Assembly (NCBI GenBank): GCA_950072105.1 | Contig: CATMOE010000001.1 | Span: 128,001-192,000 of the forward strand | Length of the DNA stretch: 64,000 bases | Direction of reading: 5' to 3' | DNA from: an uncultured Dehalococcoidia bacterium | Lineage (GTDB): Bacteria; Chloroflexota; Dehalococcoidia; Lucifugimonadales; UBA3495 | Part shown: positions 9,206 through 19,888 of the stretch, piece after piece | How positions within the stretch are numbered: position 1 is the stretch's first letter | Layout of the letters: every line of letters starts with the position of its first letter | The notes under the pieces: model-generated | Databases searched by the model: none | Told to the model about the DNA's origin: nothing | The model's input: only the letters and a program-made list of their open reading frames with translations | Position numbers and translations under genes: made by a program

Positions 9206-11641
9206 ATGGTTGACGCCGCCATATGGTTTCTGTCCATTGAGATTCTCGGCCTGTTGGCCCTGCCTCTAAGCTTCGTTCTGTTCCACAGGCTGCCCGATCG
9301 CGGATACACCCTGGCCAAGCCCCTTGCGTTGATTCTGGGGTCTTACTCGTTATGGCTACTGGGGCTCAGCCACATCGCGCCAAATACTAGAGCCACGATA
9401 TTTGGGATATTGGTACTGGGCGGCTTGATCGCCGTACTGCTTATCTGGCGGAACCGAGATTCTTTGCTGGCTTTTCTTAAAAGAGAATGGCCCGGCTTGC
9501 TGGCAGCCGAAGGGATCTTCCTGGGCTTCTTCATCTTCTGGGCCTTTATCGTGTCGGAAGTCCCGGCCATCAGCCACACCGAGAAGCCCATGGACTTCGC
9601 GTTTTTGAACGCGGTGCTCCAGAGCCGGTTTTTCCCGGTGGAAGATCCTTGGCTGGCCGGGCAATCCATCAGTTACTACTATTTCGGCCATTTCACCATG
9701 GCATTTTTGACCCACCTCACCGGGATAACTTCCAGCATCGCCTACAACCTATCGGTTTCCTTGGTGCCGGCGATGGCGGCCATGGGCGCATTCGGGCTGG
9801 TCAACAATCTCATCCGCCTTTCCGGAGGCAGCCGGTTGACGGCTCTTGGATTCGGTCTGATCGCGCCTGCCCTACTGCTTCTGGCCGGGAACCTGGAAGG
9901 GGCGTTGGAGTTCATTCACGCCCAAGGGTGGGGCGGCGACGGCTTCTGGGCATGGATCGGAGTGAAGGGGTTGGAAGCGGGCGCGGCCGGGTCTAGCGCT
10001 TTCCCCAACGACTTCTGGTGGTGGTGGCGAGCTACCCGGGTTATAGATACTCTGCAAGCCGGCCTAAGCCTAGACTACACCATCACGGAATTCCCTTTCT
10101 TCAGCTTTATCTTGGGGGATCTTCATCCTCACGTGGTTAGCCTGCCTTTTGTGATTCTGGGCCTATCCCTATGTCTTAACCTCTTCTTGTCCCCAGCCCG
10201 ATTCGGCCCAGCCTGGCTGTGGCGTCACCCGATCGAGTCGGCTGCCATCGCTTTGCTTATAGGCTCACTGGCTTTCATCAACGCTTGGGACTTCCCTCTG
10301 TTGGCGGTATTGTTGTCCATGGTGTTGTTACTCAAGGCATATGGACAGAATGATGGCGACCTTTCGAAGGCCACGGCGCGTTCGGCGTTGATGCTACTTC
10401 CCATATTGTCGGTCGCGGTGGTCTTGTTCCTTCCTTTTTACCTAACATTGGCCAGTCAAGTATCGGGCATCCTCCCGTTAACCGGCGTGAGTACCCGGCC
10501 GATCTCTTTCTTCCTGGTGATGGGCTTATTTTTCTTCCTGGGTGTTTCTTTCTTACTTCGCCAGGTCGGCGGGTTATCTATGCCGGCCCGAAGAGAAGCG
10601 CCTGGCGTTCTGCTCATCCTGGTTGTCTCTCTCATGCCATTAGCCGTCTGGATACCTATCGTGTACTTAATCACTGCGATCAGCGATGGAGCCGCCGCCG
10701 CCATCACCAAAGTCTTAACCCGGACTTTATGGGTCTTACCCGGATTGGCTTTCGTGGCGTTGGCCGGTGGCAGCGCCGCTCAACGTGTCCTGCTCAAGCG
10801 AGACCTGGTGGTGGCCTTTCCCCTTTTATTACTGGCCGCCGCTTTCTTCCTTCTGGTTGGAGTCGAGCTATTCTTCGTCGCCGATGCCTTCGGAAACCGC
10901 ATGAACACCGTGTTCAAAGTGTATTATCAGACTTGGCTATTATTGGCGATAATAGGAGCATATGGGCTGTACTTCTGGTACTCTCACGGCAGGGTGGCGG
11001 CTCAAGCCGGTACGACAAAACAGCGGCGCGCCATCCCCGTCGCTATACGGCGGGCGCTTCGGCCGGGGCGCCTTGCCTGGACAGGGGTCCTGGTTCTGCT
11101 CCTGACAGCCTCAGCCTACTACCCGGTGGGAGCGGTCCTGAACCGAACCGGCATCACAAGTCCGAACCACACGTTTTCCGACAACACGCTGAACGGCCTT
11201 GCATACGTTGCCGATGCCGACCAGGGAGAGTACGCGGCGATCCAGTGGCTTCGTGACGAGGCGCCATGGGGCCGCATCGTTGAGGCGGTTGGCGACGACT
11301 ACTCCGAGTACGGTAGAATCTCCGGAAGCACCGGTCTGCCCACCGTGTTGGGTTGGAAGGGCCATGAGATCCAATGGCGGGGGAACACCCGGCTCCTGGA
11401 CGGGCGGGAAGAGGACATCACCCAGATATTCCAGAGCGACGATCCCCGATTAGTGGGCCGTCTCTTGAAAAAATACGACGTAACCTACGTATACCTGGGC
11501 CGCCGGGAAAAGTCCGCTTACGGCGGTTTGCGCTTGCCGGACCTGGACGGTCTTTTGGAAACCGTTTTCGACCAAGACGGCGTAGTTATATACAAGGTCG
11601 TCTCAGGGGCATTGGGGGAGAACAAAAGTGACTCTGGTTAA
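9206..11641 (+). CDS. DUF2298 / YYY-type polytopic membrane protein (GT-C-like)
   Basis: EKPMDFA, DPWLAG, ISYYYFG, ITEFPFFSF.GDLHPH, RMNTVFKVY motifs; many TM helices. Confidence 0.85.
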   Translation: MVDAAIWFLSIEILGLLALPLSFVLFHRLPDRGYTLAKPLALILGSYSLWLLGLSHIAPNTRATIFGILVLGGLIAVLLIWRNRDSLLAFLKREWPGLLAAEGIFLGFFIFWAFIVSEVPAISHTEKPMDFAFLNAVLQSRFFPVEDPWLAGQSISYYYFGHFTMAFLTHLTGITSSIAYNLSVSLVPAMAAMGAFGLVNNLIRLSGGSRLTALGFGLIAPALLLLAGNLEGALEFIHAQGWGGDGFWAWIGVKGLEAGAAGSSAFPNDFWWWWRATRVIDTLQAGLSLDYTITEFPFFSFILGDLHPHVVSLPFVILGLSLCLNLFLSPARFGPAWLWRHPIESAAIALLIGSLAFINAWDFPLLAVLLSMVLLLKAYGQNDGDLSKATARSALMLLPILSVAVVLFLPFYLTLASQVSGILPLTGVSTRPISFFLVMGLFFFLGVSFLLRQVGGLSMPARREAPGVLLILVVSLMPLAVWIPIVYLITAISDGAAAAITKVLTRTLWVLPGLAFVALAGGSAAQRVLLKRDLVVAFPLLLLAAAFFLLVGVELFFVADAFGNRMNTVFKVYYQTWLLLAIIGAYGLYFWYSHGRVAAQAGTTKQRRAIPVAIRRALRPGRLAWTGVLVLLLTASAYYPVGAVLNRTGITSPNHTFSDNTLNGLAYVADADQGEYAAIQWLRDEAPWGRIVEAVGDDYSEYGRISGSTGLPTVLGWKGHEIQWRGNTRLLDGREEDITQIFQSDDPRLVGRLLKKYDVTYVYLGRREKSAYGGLRLPDLDGLLETVFDQDGVVIYKVVSGALGENKSDSG

Positions 11642-14228
11642 CCCAACACAACAGTTGGCGTGGCGGGAATGGATCGTCCTATGGCCCGGTTGGCGCCCCG
11701 GCTGGTTCCTGGCAGGATTCATGCTCTTGGCCCTTGTTGCCTTGGTGCTGCGGCTTTGGGAACTGGATGGCCGCACCATGCACTACGACGAAGCCATCCA
11801 TGTCCACTTTGCTTGGAAACTGGCCCAGGGTAAAGAGTTCATCCATTCCCCTTGGATGCACGGACCCTTCCAAGTTGAACTTACCGCCCTGGTCTTTGCC
11901 ATATTCGGCGATACCGACTTCACCGCCCGCATCACCTACGTCCTGTTCGGGACAGCTTTGGTGGGGTTGCCATATTTCCTAAGAGATCACATCGGCCGGA
12001 CCGGAGCTCTGATATCGGCGGTGATGCTGACTCTCTCGCCCACCCTGCTCTACTTCAGCCGCTTCGGCCGCAACGATATCCTGATGGCGTTCTTTGCTAC
12101 CTCTTTGTTTATCCTGATGTGGCGATACATCCACGAGGAGAAAAATCGCTACTTGTACCTGGCGGCAGGAGTGCTAGCCTTCATGTTCGCCAGCAAAGAA
12201 ACCACCTACATGATCGTGCTGATCTATGGCGGCATGATGTTTCTGCTGGCCGTTCCCGACTTAGCCCCAACGATTCTGGGGCGAGCCAAGATATCCCAAC
12301 TGACCGGCCCGGCGGGATTCTTGCTGCTGTTGATCACCCTGACTCTCCCCCAATGGGGCGCTATCTCCGGGCTGGCCCAAGACGCGTTGGGATTGATATT
12401 AGTAAACCCCAATGGAGTATCCGGAGGAATCATCGGCGCTCCTCATTGGGGATCACCCTTCGTGGCGCTGCCCGTCTACCTCGGCCCGTGGTGGTTCCAC
12501 TCCCTGATCATCGCGGCTCTTGTTGCGATACTCGGAATAATCAACCGGCGACTTTCTTCCAAAGCGGTCGTGGGGATAGTCGTCCCATTAGTTTCCATTG
12601 CCGCGACTTGGATCGCTCTTTTCCGCCCCATCGCAGACGCATCATCGTTCGACATCGCAGTGGCGGCCGACCTTGGGATCTCCGGATTATTGGCCGCCGG
12701 CGCCGTGGCAGCCCTGGTAGTCTTGAATCAACCATGGAAACGGGGCGTCTTGCTGCTGCTGGTCCCGGCCATAGCCATGTTCTTGTACCTATCGGTATTT
12801 ACCCCCCTGGTCAACGTGGGGTCGGTGTTACACGATGTACTCCCTTCCGGAATCAACGTGGACGCCAGCGCCAACGCCATTCCGATGAACTTTCTGGTAG
12901 CCGGTGGGCTGCTTCTCGGTTTGATGGCGACGTCCGCGATTATCGGGGTGGCGTGGCTGGGGTCTCGTTGGCTGATCTGCGCCGGCATTTTCTACGGGAT
13001 CTGGGTAACTCTTTACACCACCATATTCAGTAACATCGCCGGAATCTTCAGCGGCTCCTGGCTGGGCATGGGCTACTGGATCGCCCAGCAAGACGTGGCC
13101 CGGGGAAACCAACCCTGGTATTACTACTTCGTCGGTCTTTCCGTGTATGAGTTGTTGCCGGTGGTCTTCGGGGTGGCCGGAGCTGTCTATTTTCTGAGGA
13201 AGGGAGACGTATTCGGCTTGGTATTGGCCTGCTGGGCCGGGTTAACCCTGTTGGCTTACACCATGGCGTCGGAGAAGATGCCCTGGTTGCTGGTAAACGT
13301 TGCCCTCCCCTTTATTTTCCTGTCCGGCAAGTACCTGGGCGACCTGGTTGAAAAGGTCCGGTGGCGCAACATACTTCGCCAGGGCCAGGTGTTCCTGCTG
13401 GTGTTTCCGCCGCTGGTGGCGGTTGCGGCGGTCTATCTGGTCTATCAATTCGTTAATTCCCAAGGAAACCTCCCCGGCGTGCAATGGGCCTTCGTAGGAG
13501 GCACGGCCCTAATGGCCTTGGCAGCGGCGTATCTAATTAGGATCGCCCCAAAACCAACCAGCGGCGGTGTTCTAACGGGATTGGGATTGGCAGTCCTCCT
13601 GCTGGCCTTCGGAACGGTAGGGGCATTTCGGGCCGCGTACACCTACGACGATTTCAACAAGGAGATCCTGGTATACGCGCAAGGCAGCGCCGACCTGCCC
13701 GTCACCTTTGAAAAGCTTCAGAAAAAAGCTTTGCCCGGAAACTCCTCAGACGATCCGGCAGTTCTGGTAGATTACGACATGTGGTACCCATTCCAGTGGT
13801 ACGTGCGGACTCAGCAGGACGACAACACCGTAAGGTTCGACTGCTTCAAGGCCGAAGGGGATGAAGGTTGGAATTCCAGTTGCAAACCCGCGTCGGACAC
13901 CACCGAATCCCAAGCATTGCTCCTGACGGTGGCACACAAGCTAACGAGCATCACTTCGTTGACCAAGTTCCAGAGAGAGGGCCCGTTCTTAGACCTGCTG
14001 TGGTTCCCTGAAACCTACCGCCGTCCCCACGAGAATCGGCAGGACGAGGGGTTCCAGTGGGGCTTCCGCGGCATCCCCAGCAGGAAACAACTGGGAGAAG
14101 ATTTACGTTATTTCGGGGAGGTGGCCACCAGCAAGGAAAAGTGGTCAAAGACGTTAGGCTATATATTGTTCCGGGAACTGGATACCGATTGGTACAAGTC
14201 TGAGTATTACAGCTACTTGCCCAAATAG
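11628..14228 (+). CDS. TIGR03663-like membrane protein (GT39/PMT-related)
   Basis: MHYDEAIH, HGPFQ, YFSRFGRND, SKET, EKMPWL, VYAQ motifs; polytopic. Confidence 0.8.
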   Translation: MTLVNPTQQLAWREWIVLWPGWRPGWFLAGFMLLALVALVLRLWELDGRTMHYDEAIHVHFAWKLAQGKEFIHSPWMHGPFQVELTALVFAIFGDTDFTARITYVLFGTALVGLPYFLRDHIGRTGALISAVMLTLSPTLLYFSRFGRNDILMAFFATSLFILMWRYIHEEKNRYLYLAAGVLAFMFASKETTYMIVLIYGGMMFLLAVPDLAPTILGRAKISQLTGPAGFLLLLITLTLPQWGAISGLAQDALGLILVNPNGVSGGIIGAPHWGSPFVALPVYLGPWWFHSLIIAALVAILGIINRRLSSKAVVGIVVPLVSIAATWIALFRPIADASSFDIAVAADLGISGLLAAGAVAALVVLNQPWKRGVLLLLVPAIAMFLYLSVFTPLVNVGSVLHDVLPSGINVDASANAIPMNFLVAGGLLLGLMATSAIIGVAWLGSRWLICAGIFYGIWVTLYTTIFSNIAGIFSGSWLGMGYWIAQQDVARGNQPWYYYFVGLSVYELLPVVFGVAGAVYFLRKGDVFGLVLACWAGLTLLAYTMASEKMPWLLVNVALPFIFLSGKYLGDLVEKVRWRNILRQGQVFLLVFPPLVAVAAVYLVYQFVNSQGNLPGVQWAFVGGTALMALAAAYLIRIAPKPTSGGVLTGLGLAVLLLAFGTVGAFRAAYTYDDFNKEILVYAQGSADLPVTFEKLQKKALPGNSSDDPAVLVDYDMWYPFQWYVRTQQDDNTVRFDCFKAEGDEGWNSSCKPASDTTESQALLLTVAHKLTSITSLTKFQREGPFLDLLWFPETYRRPHENRQDEGFQWGFRGIPSRKQLGEDLRYFGEVATSKEKWSKTLGYILFRELDTDWYKSEYYSYLPK

Positions 14229-14430
14229 GGTTTGCCCGTGATAGCCCAAGCAATTCGCCCGAATTCGGAGAGTCCGGGACGGGTATGTCCTTGAGCAGGC
14301 CCGTGAAGCTCCGGTATACTGGGCACCGTATCCTGTGAAGAAGAAGATGAGGAAACGCCGCAAGTTCTGCCGGGACGCCCAGTGACCTTTCCAACTCCGT
14401 TCACGATTATCTTGTCGAGGTATCTAGAGA

Positions 14431-15540
14431 TTGCTGCTTACTAACTGGCGGTTCTGGCTCGCTCTGGTTGTCAGCGCTCTCTTCATGTTGCTGCTGCTCT
14501 ATCAGGTCGACCTGGGCGAGATACGCAGCGCCCTCTTGGAGGCCAATTACCTCTACGTCGCCCCAGCCATCGCTCTGTATTTCGTAGCGGTCTACTTCCG
14601 CAGTGTGCGCTGGCGGTACCTGCTTTCCCCTTTGCGGACATTCCCGGTCAGCCGGCTCTACCCGGTCATAGTGATCGGCTACATGGCAAACAACTTGCTG
14701 CCTGCCCGTCTGGGCGAACTGGTCCGCTCCTACTATCTGGCGCGCCGGGAGAATTTCAACGCTAGCGCGGCCCTCGCCACCATCGCCGTTGAGCGGGTTT
14801 ACGACGGAGTGACCCTCCTGGCCTTTGCCGCCGTGTCGGCGCCGATTTTATTTATGTTGGGCCAGTTCGACGGCGGCGGCGGGATCTCAAGAACTGCCTG
14901 GATACTGGTGGGCGGATTGATGGTGGTCCTGTTCTTGGGCGCCCTGGTGTTTTTAACCTGTCTGGCGGTTATACCTCGGTTCTTGGATTTTGTCCAATGG
15001 TGCACCAACGTTATTCCGGCGCGATGGGGTAGGAACCAGGTGCAAAGTCTGGTGCTGACTTTTGTTGAGGGACTGAAAGTGCTGAGTTCGCCAAGACAAC
15101 ATCTGGCGCTCTTCGTCTTCTCCCTTCCGGTATGGCTTCTGGAAAGCTCCACCTACTATCTGGTCGGCTATGCCTTCGGCATCGACCAGCTATTCAGTTC
15201 GGTCTGGGTGTTCCTGCTTGTAGTGTTGCTACTGACTGCCACGTCAAACCTGGCCACGTCTGTACCCACGGCCATAGGCGGCATCGGCCCCTTCGAGGTA
15301 GTGGCGCAGCAAACCCTGCTGGCATTGGGGGTCGGCGCGTCGGTTGGGGCCGCTTACGCCGGGTTCGTGCACCTGATAGCCCTGTGGCTCCCGGTGAACT
15401 TGGCCGGCCTGGTCCTGGTATGGAAGCAAAACCTATCTATCAAGGAACTAACCGGGGGCGGAGAGATACCCGAACCGTCGCTGGAACAGATCAATCAGCC
15501 CTCGGGACGGACCGGTCAGTCGATGGAAGACGTGTCATGA
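14431..15540 (+). CDS. UPF0104 / lysylphosphatidylglycerol synthase TM (flippase-like) protein
   Basis: RSVRWRYLL, NNLLPARLGELVR, ERVYD, GGIGPFE. Confidence 0.88.
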   Translation: MLLTNWRFWLALVVSALFMLLLLYQVDLGEIRSALLEANYLYVAPAIALYFVAVYFRSVRWRYLLSPLRTFPVSRLYPVIVIGYMANNLLPARLGELVRSYYLARRENFNASAALATIAVERVYDGVTLLAFAAVSAPILFMLGQFDGGGGISRTAWILVGGLMVVLFLGALVFLTCLAVIPRFLDFVQWCTNVIPARWGRNQVQSLVLTFVEGLKVLSSPRQHLALFVFSLPVWLLESSTYYLVGYAFGIDQLFSSVWVFLLVVLLLTATSNLATSVPTAIGGIGPFEVVAQQTLLALGVGASVGAAYAGFVHLIALWLPVNLAGLVLVWKQNLSIKELTGGGEIPEPSLEQINQPSGRTGQSMEDVS

Positions 15541-16868
15541 GAGTAGGCATCATCGGCGGCGGAGCAGCGGGTCTGGCGGCAGCCTACGAACTGACGAAAC
15601 GGGGCCACTACGCTGAAGTTTTCGAGCGGGCGCCCTTTTTGGGCGGACAGGCTTCGACCTTTACGGTGGGCGGAGGCCAACTGGAACGCGGATACCACCA
15701 CTTGTTTGTCAGCGACGTGGCCATTACCGAATTGATCCATGAGTTGGGCCTGGGAGACAAGCTGGCCTGGCTAGAGTCCAAAGTGGGCTTGTATCACGGT
15801 GGCACAATCTGGAGTTTCAGCACGCCCATGGACCTGCTTCGGTTCAAGCCACTGTCCATGCTACAACGGCTCCGGGTCGGATGGTGGACCTTCGTCCTGC
15901 AAAAGACCAAGAACTGGCGCAAGTTTGAGGACGTTACGGCTAGGGATTGGCTGGTCAAGCACATGGGCGCTCAAGCCTATCGGGTTATTTGGGAGCCGCT
16001 TCTCAGGGGCAAGTTCGGCGACTACTACGACCAGGTCAGCATGACTTGGATCTGGGGCAAGATTTACCTCCGGGTCGCCTCCAGGGGCAAGGGTATGCAG
16101 AAAGAGCGTCTGGGCTACCCCATGGGAAGCTTCGGCGAGGTGTTCGACGTGCTTGGGGAGCGGGTTTCCCAGCAAGGCGGCGACGTCCATATCTCCGCCG
16201 GGGTCAACCGGATCCTAGTCGAAGACAACAACGCGACGGGATTGGAGGTGCAACTCTCTGACAGTGAACCCGAATCCAGAAACTACGACGCAGTCATCGC
16301 CACGACCCCATCATATATCTTTACCCGCCTGGTTCCGGACTTACCAGAGGACTACCGGGAAAAACTGGTGAACGTTCAATACCTGTCGGCGGTGCTATTG
16401 ATCTTGGTGATGGACCGGCCGCTGACCGACAAATACTGGATAAGTATCGCCGACCACGACCTTCCCTTCGTGGGGATCATCGAGCACACCAATATGATCG
16501 ACCGGTCCCTTTATGGGGGCCACCACATCGTCTATCTCACCAACTACCCCAGCCGTGAAAGCGAACTATACCAGAAGAGCGCCGAGGAGTTGATGGAAGA
16601 ACTCACTCCCCATCTGCGCCGATTAAACCCCGATTTCGAACTGTCCTGGATACTGGAGTACCACCACCATAAAGTGGACGGGGCCCAGCCAATCATCGGC
16701 ACCAACTATAGCGAGCGTATCCCTGACCACCGGACCCCCATCAAGAACCTGTATCTGGCGAACACAACGCAGATATACCCCGAAGACCGGGGCACCAACT
16801 ACTCGGTGCGCATGGGCCGGCAAGTTGCCCGCATGGTTCTGGAAGACGCCGGTGAGGTAGTCGATTAA
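15537..16868 (+). CDS. FAD-dependent oxidoreductase (protoporphyrinogen oxidase / amine oxidase-like)
   Basis: ATGA overlap at 15537; GIIGGGAAGL, LERGYHHLF, IYPEDRG motifs. Confidence 0.88.
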   Translation: MRVGIIGGGAAGLAAAYELTKRGHYAEVFERAPFLGGQASTFTVGGGQLERGYHHLFVSDVAITELIHELGLGDKLAWLESKVGLYHGGTIWSFSTPMDLLRFKPLSMLQRLRVGWWTFVLQKTKNWRKFEDVTARDWLVKHMGAQAYRVIWEPLLRGKFGDYYDQVSMTWIWGKIYLRVASRGKGMQKERLGYPMGSFGEVFDVLGERVSQQGGDVHISAGVNRILVEDNNATGLEVQLSDSEPESRNYDAVIATTPSYIFTRLVPDLPEDYREKLVNVQYLSAVLLILVMDRPLTDKYWISIADHDLPFVGIIEHTNMIDRSLYGGHHIVYLTNYPSRESELYQKSAEELMEELTPHLRRLNPDFELSWILEYHHHKVDGAQPIIGTNYSERIPDHRTPIKNLYLANTTQIYPEDRGTNYSVRMGRQVARMVLEDAGEVVD

Positions 16869-16993
16869 GTGGCGGCAGTTGCAAAATCCGGCCCACCAAG
16901 TAAAATAGTTGGAGCGGCGCTGTTACGGCGAAGTTACTCTGAAGCCGCAAAGACGCCCAATCATACCCAAGGGCGTCCAGTCCATCATAGTAG

Positions 16994-17236
16994 GTGTTTG
17001 TTGTGAGTGTTGAATCTTCCGAATCCCAATCCGGCAGCCAGTCGCGCCGGGGTTTCCTGGCCAAGATCGGTCTTGGTGTAGCGGCCATCGCCGCGGTATC
17101 TCTGCCGCTCGGCCTGGGCCGAGGTAACCCAAAATCCACGGCCACCCCAGCGTCCCAAGAATTCCCCGGTGAAGACTCCATTTTCCACCCAGCCCAAGAT
17201 CCCCGGTTGGACCCCCGCCGCAACAAGTCCTCTTAG
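16994..17236 (+). CDS. Small protein with twin-arginine signal-like N-terminus
   Basis: SRRGFL followed by a hydrophobic stretch, then a short polar tail. Confidence 0.65.
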   Translation: MFVVSVESSESQSGSQSRRGFLAKIGLGVAAIAAVSLPLGLGRGNPKSTATPASQEFPGEDSIFHPAQDPRLDPRRNKSS

Positions 17237-17587
17237 AGTCTACGCCAGGATTCCCATGGCAGGTTCGGCAAAGTGGTGCGAGCCGAGGGTCGTCGCTTCT
17301 TGCAGGGAATCTAGCTAACTCGCTCTCAACACTGTCACCCCTCTCCTTCCGCCGAAGGATCGGGGTCTCTGGCCTTCGTTGAGAGCGCCTCCAAGGGTGG
17401 ACAGGCCGTTGGTGCAAGTACTAGACCGTCTTGCTAATGTTACCTGCGATTCCTCGCCGCCCTTCAGCGGAAGGGCTGGTGTCGGAATGACGAAGAGCGT
17501 GGCCGAAGGCTGGCGATCCTATCTTCGGAGCACTGACAGGTTGGCGCACTCAGGCGATCCACCACCATCAACTCAACCCGCAACCGG

Positions 17588-19300
17588 CTAACGCCGCCCA
17601 AACTCCCGTTCCATGTGGAAAGAGCTGAAATGGAGCATGGTGGGACGGCCATGGGGACAGGTGTGGGGATTGGTGGTGGCCTCCAACTGCTCGAGCAGTG
17701 ACCGCATCTCGGCTTCGCTGAGGGACTTTCCCGCCCTGATGGCGCTGTGGCAAGCGATGGACGCGGCCAATATGTCCTCCTGTTGCCGTAGCAATCCCTC
17801 GAACGCCACCATATCCAGAACGTTGAGCAGCCCTTGTCCGGGGTCCTGTTCGCTTAAGATGCTAGGGACCGCCCTAACCAGGTAGGAATCGACGCCGAAG
17901 GGCTCTAACCGGTACCCGTAGTGGGTCAGCATCTCTTGGTTTTTTTGCAAAACCTCAAGCTGGGCTGGAGACAAGTCAACCATGGCGGGTTCTAGCAAAC
18001 TCTCGGCGGGCCGCTCGGCGTCCTCCTTGGCCTGAATCCTGTCGAATAAGATCCGCTCGTGGGCCGCATGCTGGTCCACTAGGAACATCCCGTCCGGCCC
18101 TTCAGCTACGATATAAGTCAGCTTGACTTGGCCCACGACCTTCAGCGGAGGAGGAGCGGCGATGGACGCCGCCGCGTCAACCGGCCCAGAGAACGTCCCC
18201 TGCTGTTGGCCGGAGAAAACGGTGCGGGGGAAATAGGACTGGCTCCCCACCGGATACGGATTCATCGCGGAAGAAGAGCCGCTGGGCGACTGTAGCGGCG
18301 GTACCGGCGAGTCGGCGATCAGCGCGGCTCGAACCGTTCGCTGCAACGCGGAAAAAACCTTTCCTTCCTGGTGAAACCGTACTTCGCGCTTCGCCGGGTG
18401 GGAATTAACGTCCACATCGCTGTAGGGCACGGTCAAGTTGATAGCGGCTAAAGGAAAACGGCGCTCCGGCAACAGCCCATGGTAGGCCTCCTCCAAGGCG
18501 AAGGAAAGCATGCGGCTCTGGATCCACCTGCGGTTGACGAAGAACGCCATGTAAGTCCGGTTGGAGCGATGGAGATTGGGGGCGCTGATGAATCCGTCGA
18601 CGCCGTAGCCGTTCTCCGGGTCTTCGCCGTGAACCTCCAGCATATCCTCGGCCGCTTCGGAACCGTAGACCGCCAACAGCGTTTCCCGGGCTTGGCCGTT
18701 GCCCGAACTGGTTAGCGATCGGCGCCCGTCACTGACCAATTGAAAAGCAACGGACGGGTATGCTAGGGCGTATCGGGCCACTAACTCTTGAACCCGCCCT
18801 GTCTCGGTAGAATTGGACTTCAGGAATTTACGGCGGGCCGGCATGTTGCCGAACAGATCTGAGACCTCCACCGTGGTGCCCACTGGACATCCCTGGGCGC
18901 CATTCGCCGACCTGATGCCCCAATCGATGGCGATGCGCTGTCCGGAACCGGACTGAGGCGGACGGGTGGTCATGGTCAGCCGGGAAACAGCGGCAATACT
19001 GGGCAAGGCCTCACCCCGAAACCCCAGGGTCGCGATGGCGTCGAGCTGCTCTTGGGACTGAAGTTTGCTGGTGGCGTGGCGGGCGAAGGCGGTTTCCAGC
19101 TCGGAAGGAGTGATTCCCTCTCCGTCGTCGGTGACTCGAATTCTTTCGGTACCGCCGCCGGCGACCTCAACGACTATCCGGGAAGCGCCAGCATCCAGAG
19201 AGTTTTCAACCAGCTCTTTTACCACCGACGCGGGTCGTTCTATAACTTCCCCGGCGGCGATCTTGCTGGCCAGGTCCGGTGGGAGCACCTTGATGGGCAT
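17588..19300 (-). CDS. mutL: DNA mismatch repair protein MutL
   Basis: IAAGEVIERP, GFRGEAL, DQHAAHER, CPHGRP. Confidence 0.98.
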   Translation of the reverse strand: MPIKVLPPDLASKIAAGEVIERPASVVKELVENSLDAGASRIVVEVAGGGTERIRVTDDGEGITPSELETAFARHATSKLQSQEQLDAIATLGFRGEALPSIAAVSRLTMTTRPPQSGSGQRIAIDWGIRSANGAQGCPVGTTVEVSDLFGNMPARRKFLKSNSTETGRVQELVARYALAYPSVAFQLVSDGRRSLTSSGNGQARETLLAVYGSEAAEDMLEVHGEDPENGYGVDGFISAPNLHRSNRTYMAFFVNRRWIQSRMLSFALEEAYHGLLPERRFPLAAINLTVPYSDVDVNSHPAKREVRFHQEGKVFSALQRTVRAALIADSPVPPLQSPSGSSSAMNPYPVGSQSYFPRTVFSGQQQGTFSGPVDAAASIAAPPPLKVVGQVKLTYIVAEGPDGMFLVDQHAAHERILFDRIQAKEDAERPAESLLEPAMVDLSPAQLEVLQKNQEMLTHYGYRLEPFGVDSYLVRAVPSILSEQDPGQGLLNVLDMVAFEGLLRQQEDILAASIACHSAIRAGKSLSEAEMRSLLEQLEATTNPHTCPHGRPTMLHFSSFHMEREFGRR

Positions 19301-19309
19301 GGCAGCGCC

Positions 19310-19747
19310 CTAAAAGAGAGGTATGGTGGAGCCCTTGGCTTTGTACTGACGGTCTTCCGACGACCCGGTTGCGACGACGTCGGCAATGATCTGGTAGATG
19401 CGGTCCATTTCCTGGTCTACGCTTCGTTTGAAGAAGTACGGCGGAACCCACACGCCGCTAAAAGCAGCGACGATCTCGGGATAGTCGTCGATGACAAAAT
19501 CGGGCTCGAAGGGAACACTCAGTTCTTCCAGTCGCTCGTGGAAATGGTGGGTGGGCTTTTCGTACACGCCGCTGATAAGAGGTTCCAGGTTATGCTTTTT
19601 CACCACTTCCCAGCGCTCTCCCATCCCGGACCAGATGTAGATCTCGTGGCCGTCGTCCTTTATCTTTTGTAGAGTCTCCATGGTCCCTGGGCGGAGACTA
19701 TCGTCAAGCCCCAAGATAGTGTAGTCAACGTCGAAAAATATCTTCAT
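19310..19747 (-). CDS. Small capless HAD-superfamily hydrolase
   Basis: FFDVDYT motif I, WS motif II, K, IDD motif IV. Confidence 0.75.
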   Translation of the reverse strand: MKIFFDVDYTILGLDDSLRPGTMETLQKIKDDGHEIYIWSGMGERWEVVKKHNLEPLISGVYEKPTHHFHERLEELSVPFEPDFVIDDYPEIVAAFSGVWVPPYFFKRSVDQEMDRIYQIIADVVATGSSEDRQYKAKGSTIPLF

Positions 19748-19888
19748 GGGCGAGTGTGGGGCCTTCTTTCAATGGCAGAATTGGGAACCGGATAATGTGA
19801 TTATATCGTAACCTCCGCTGCGAATACAGTGCAATTCAGCACCGAAAATTGCTTGTTGTCTGAGATGCAACGCCAAATTCGGCAACTG

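Noticed and set aside
15132..15536. N-terminal extension of the oxidoreductase ORF
   Set aside because: It overlaps the flippase-like gene; the Rossmann motif starts at ATG 15537 with an ATGA overlap.
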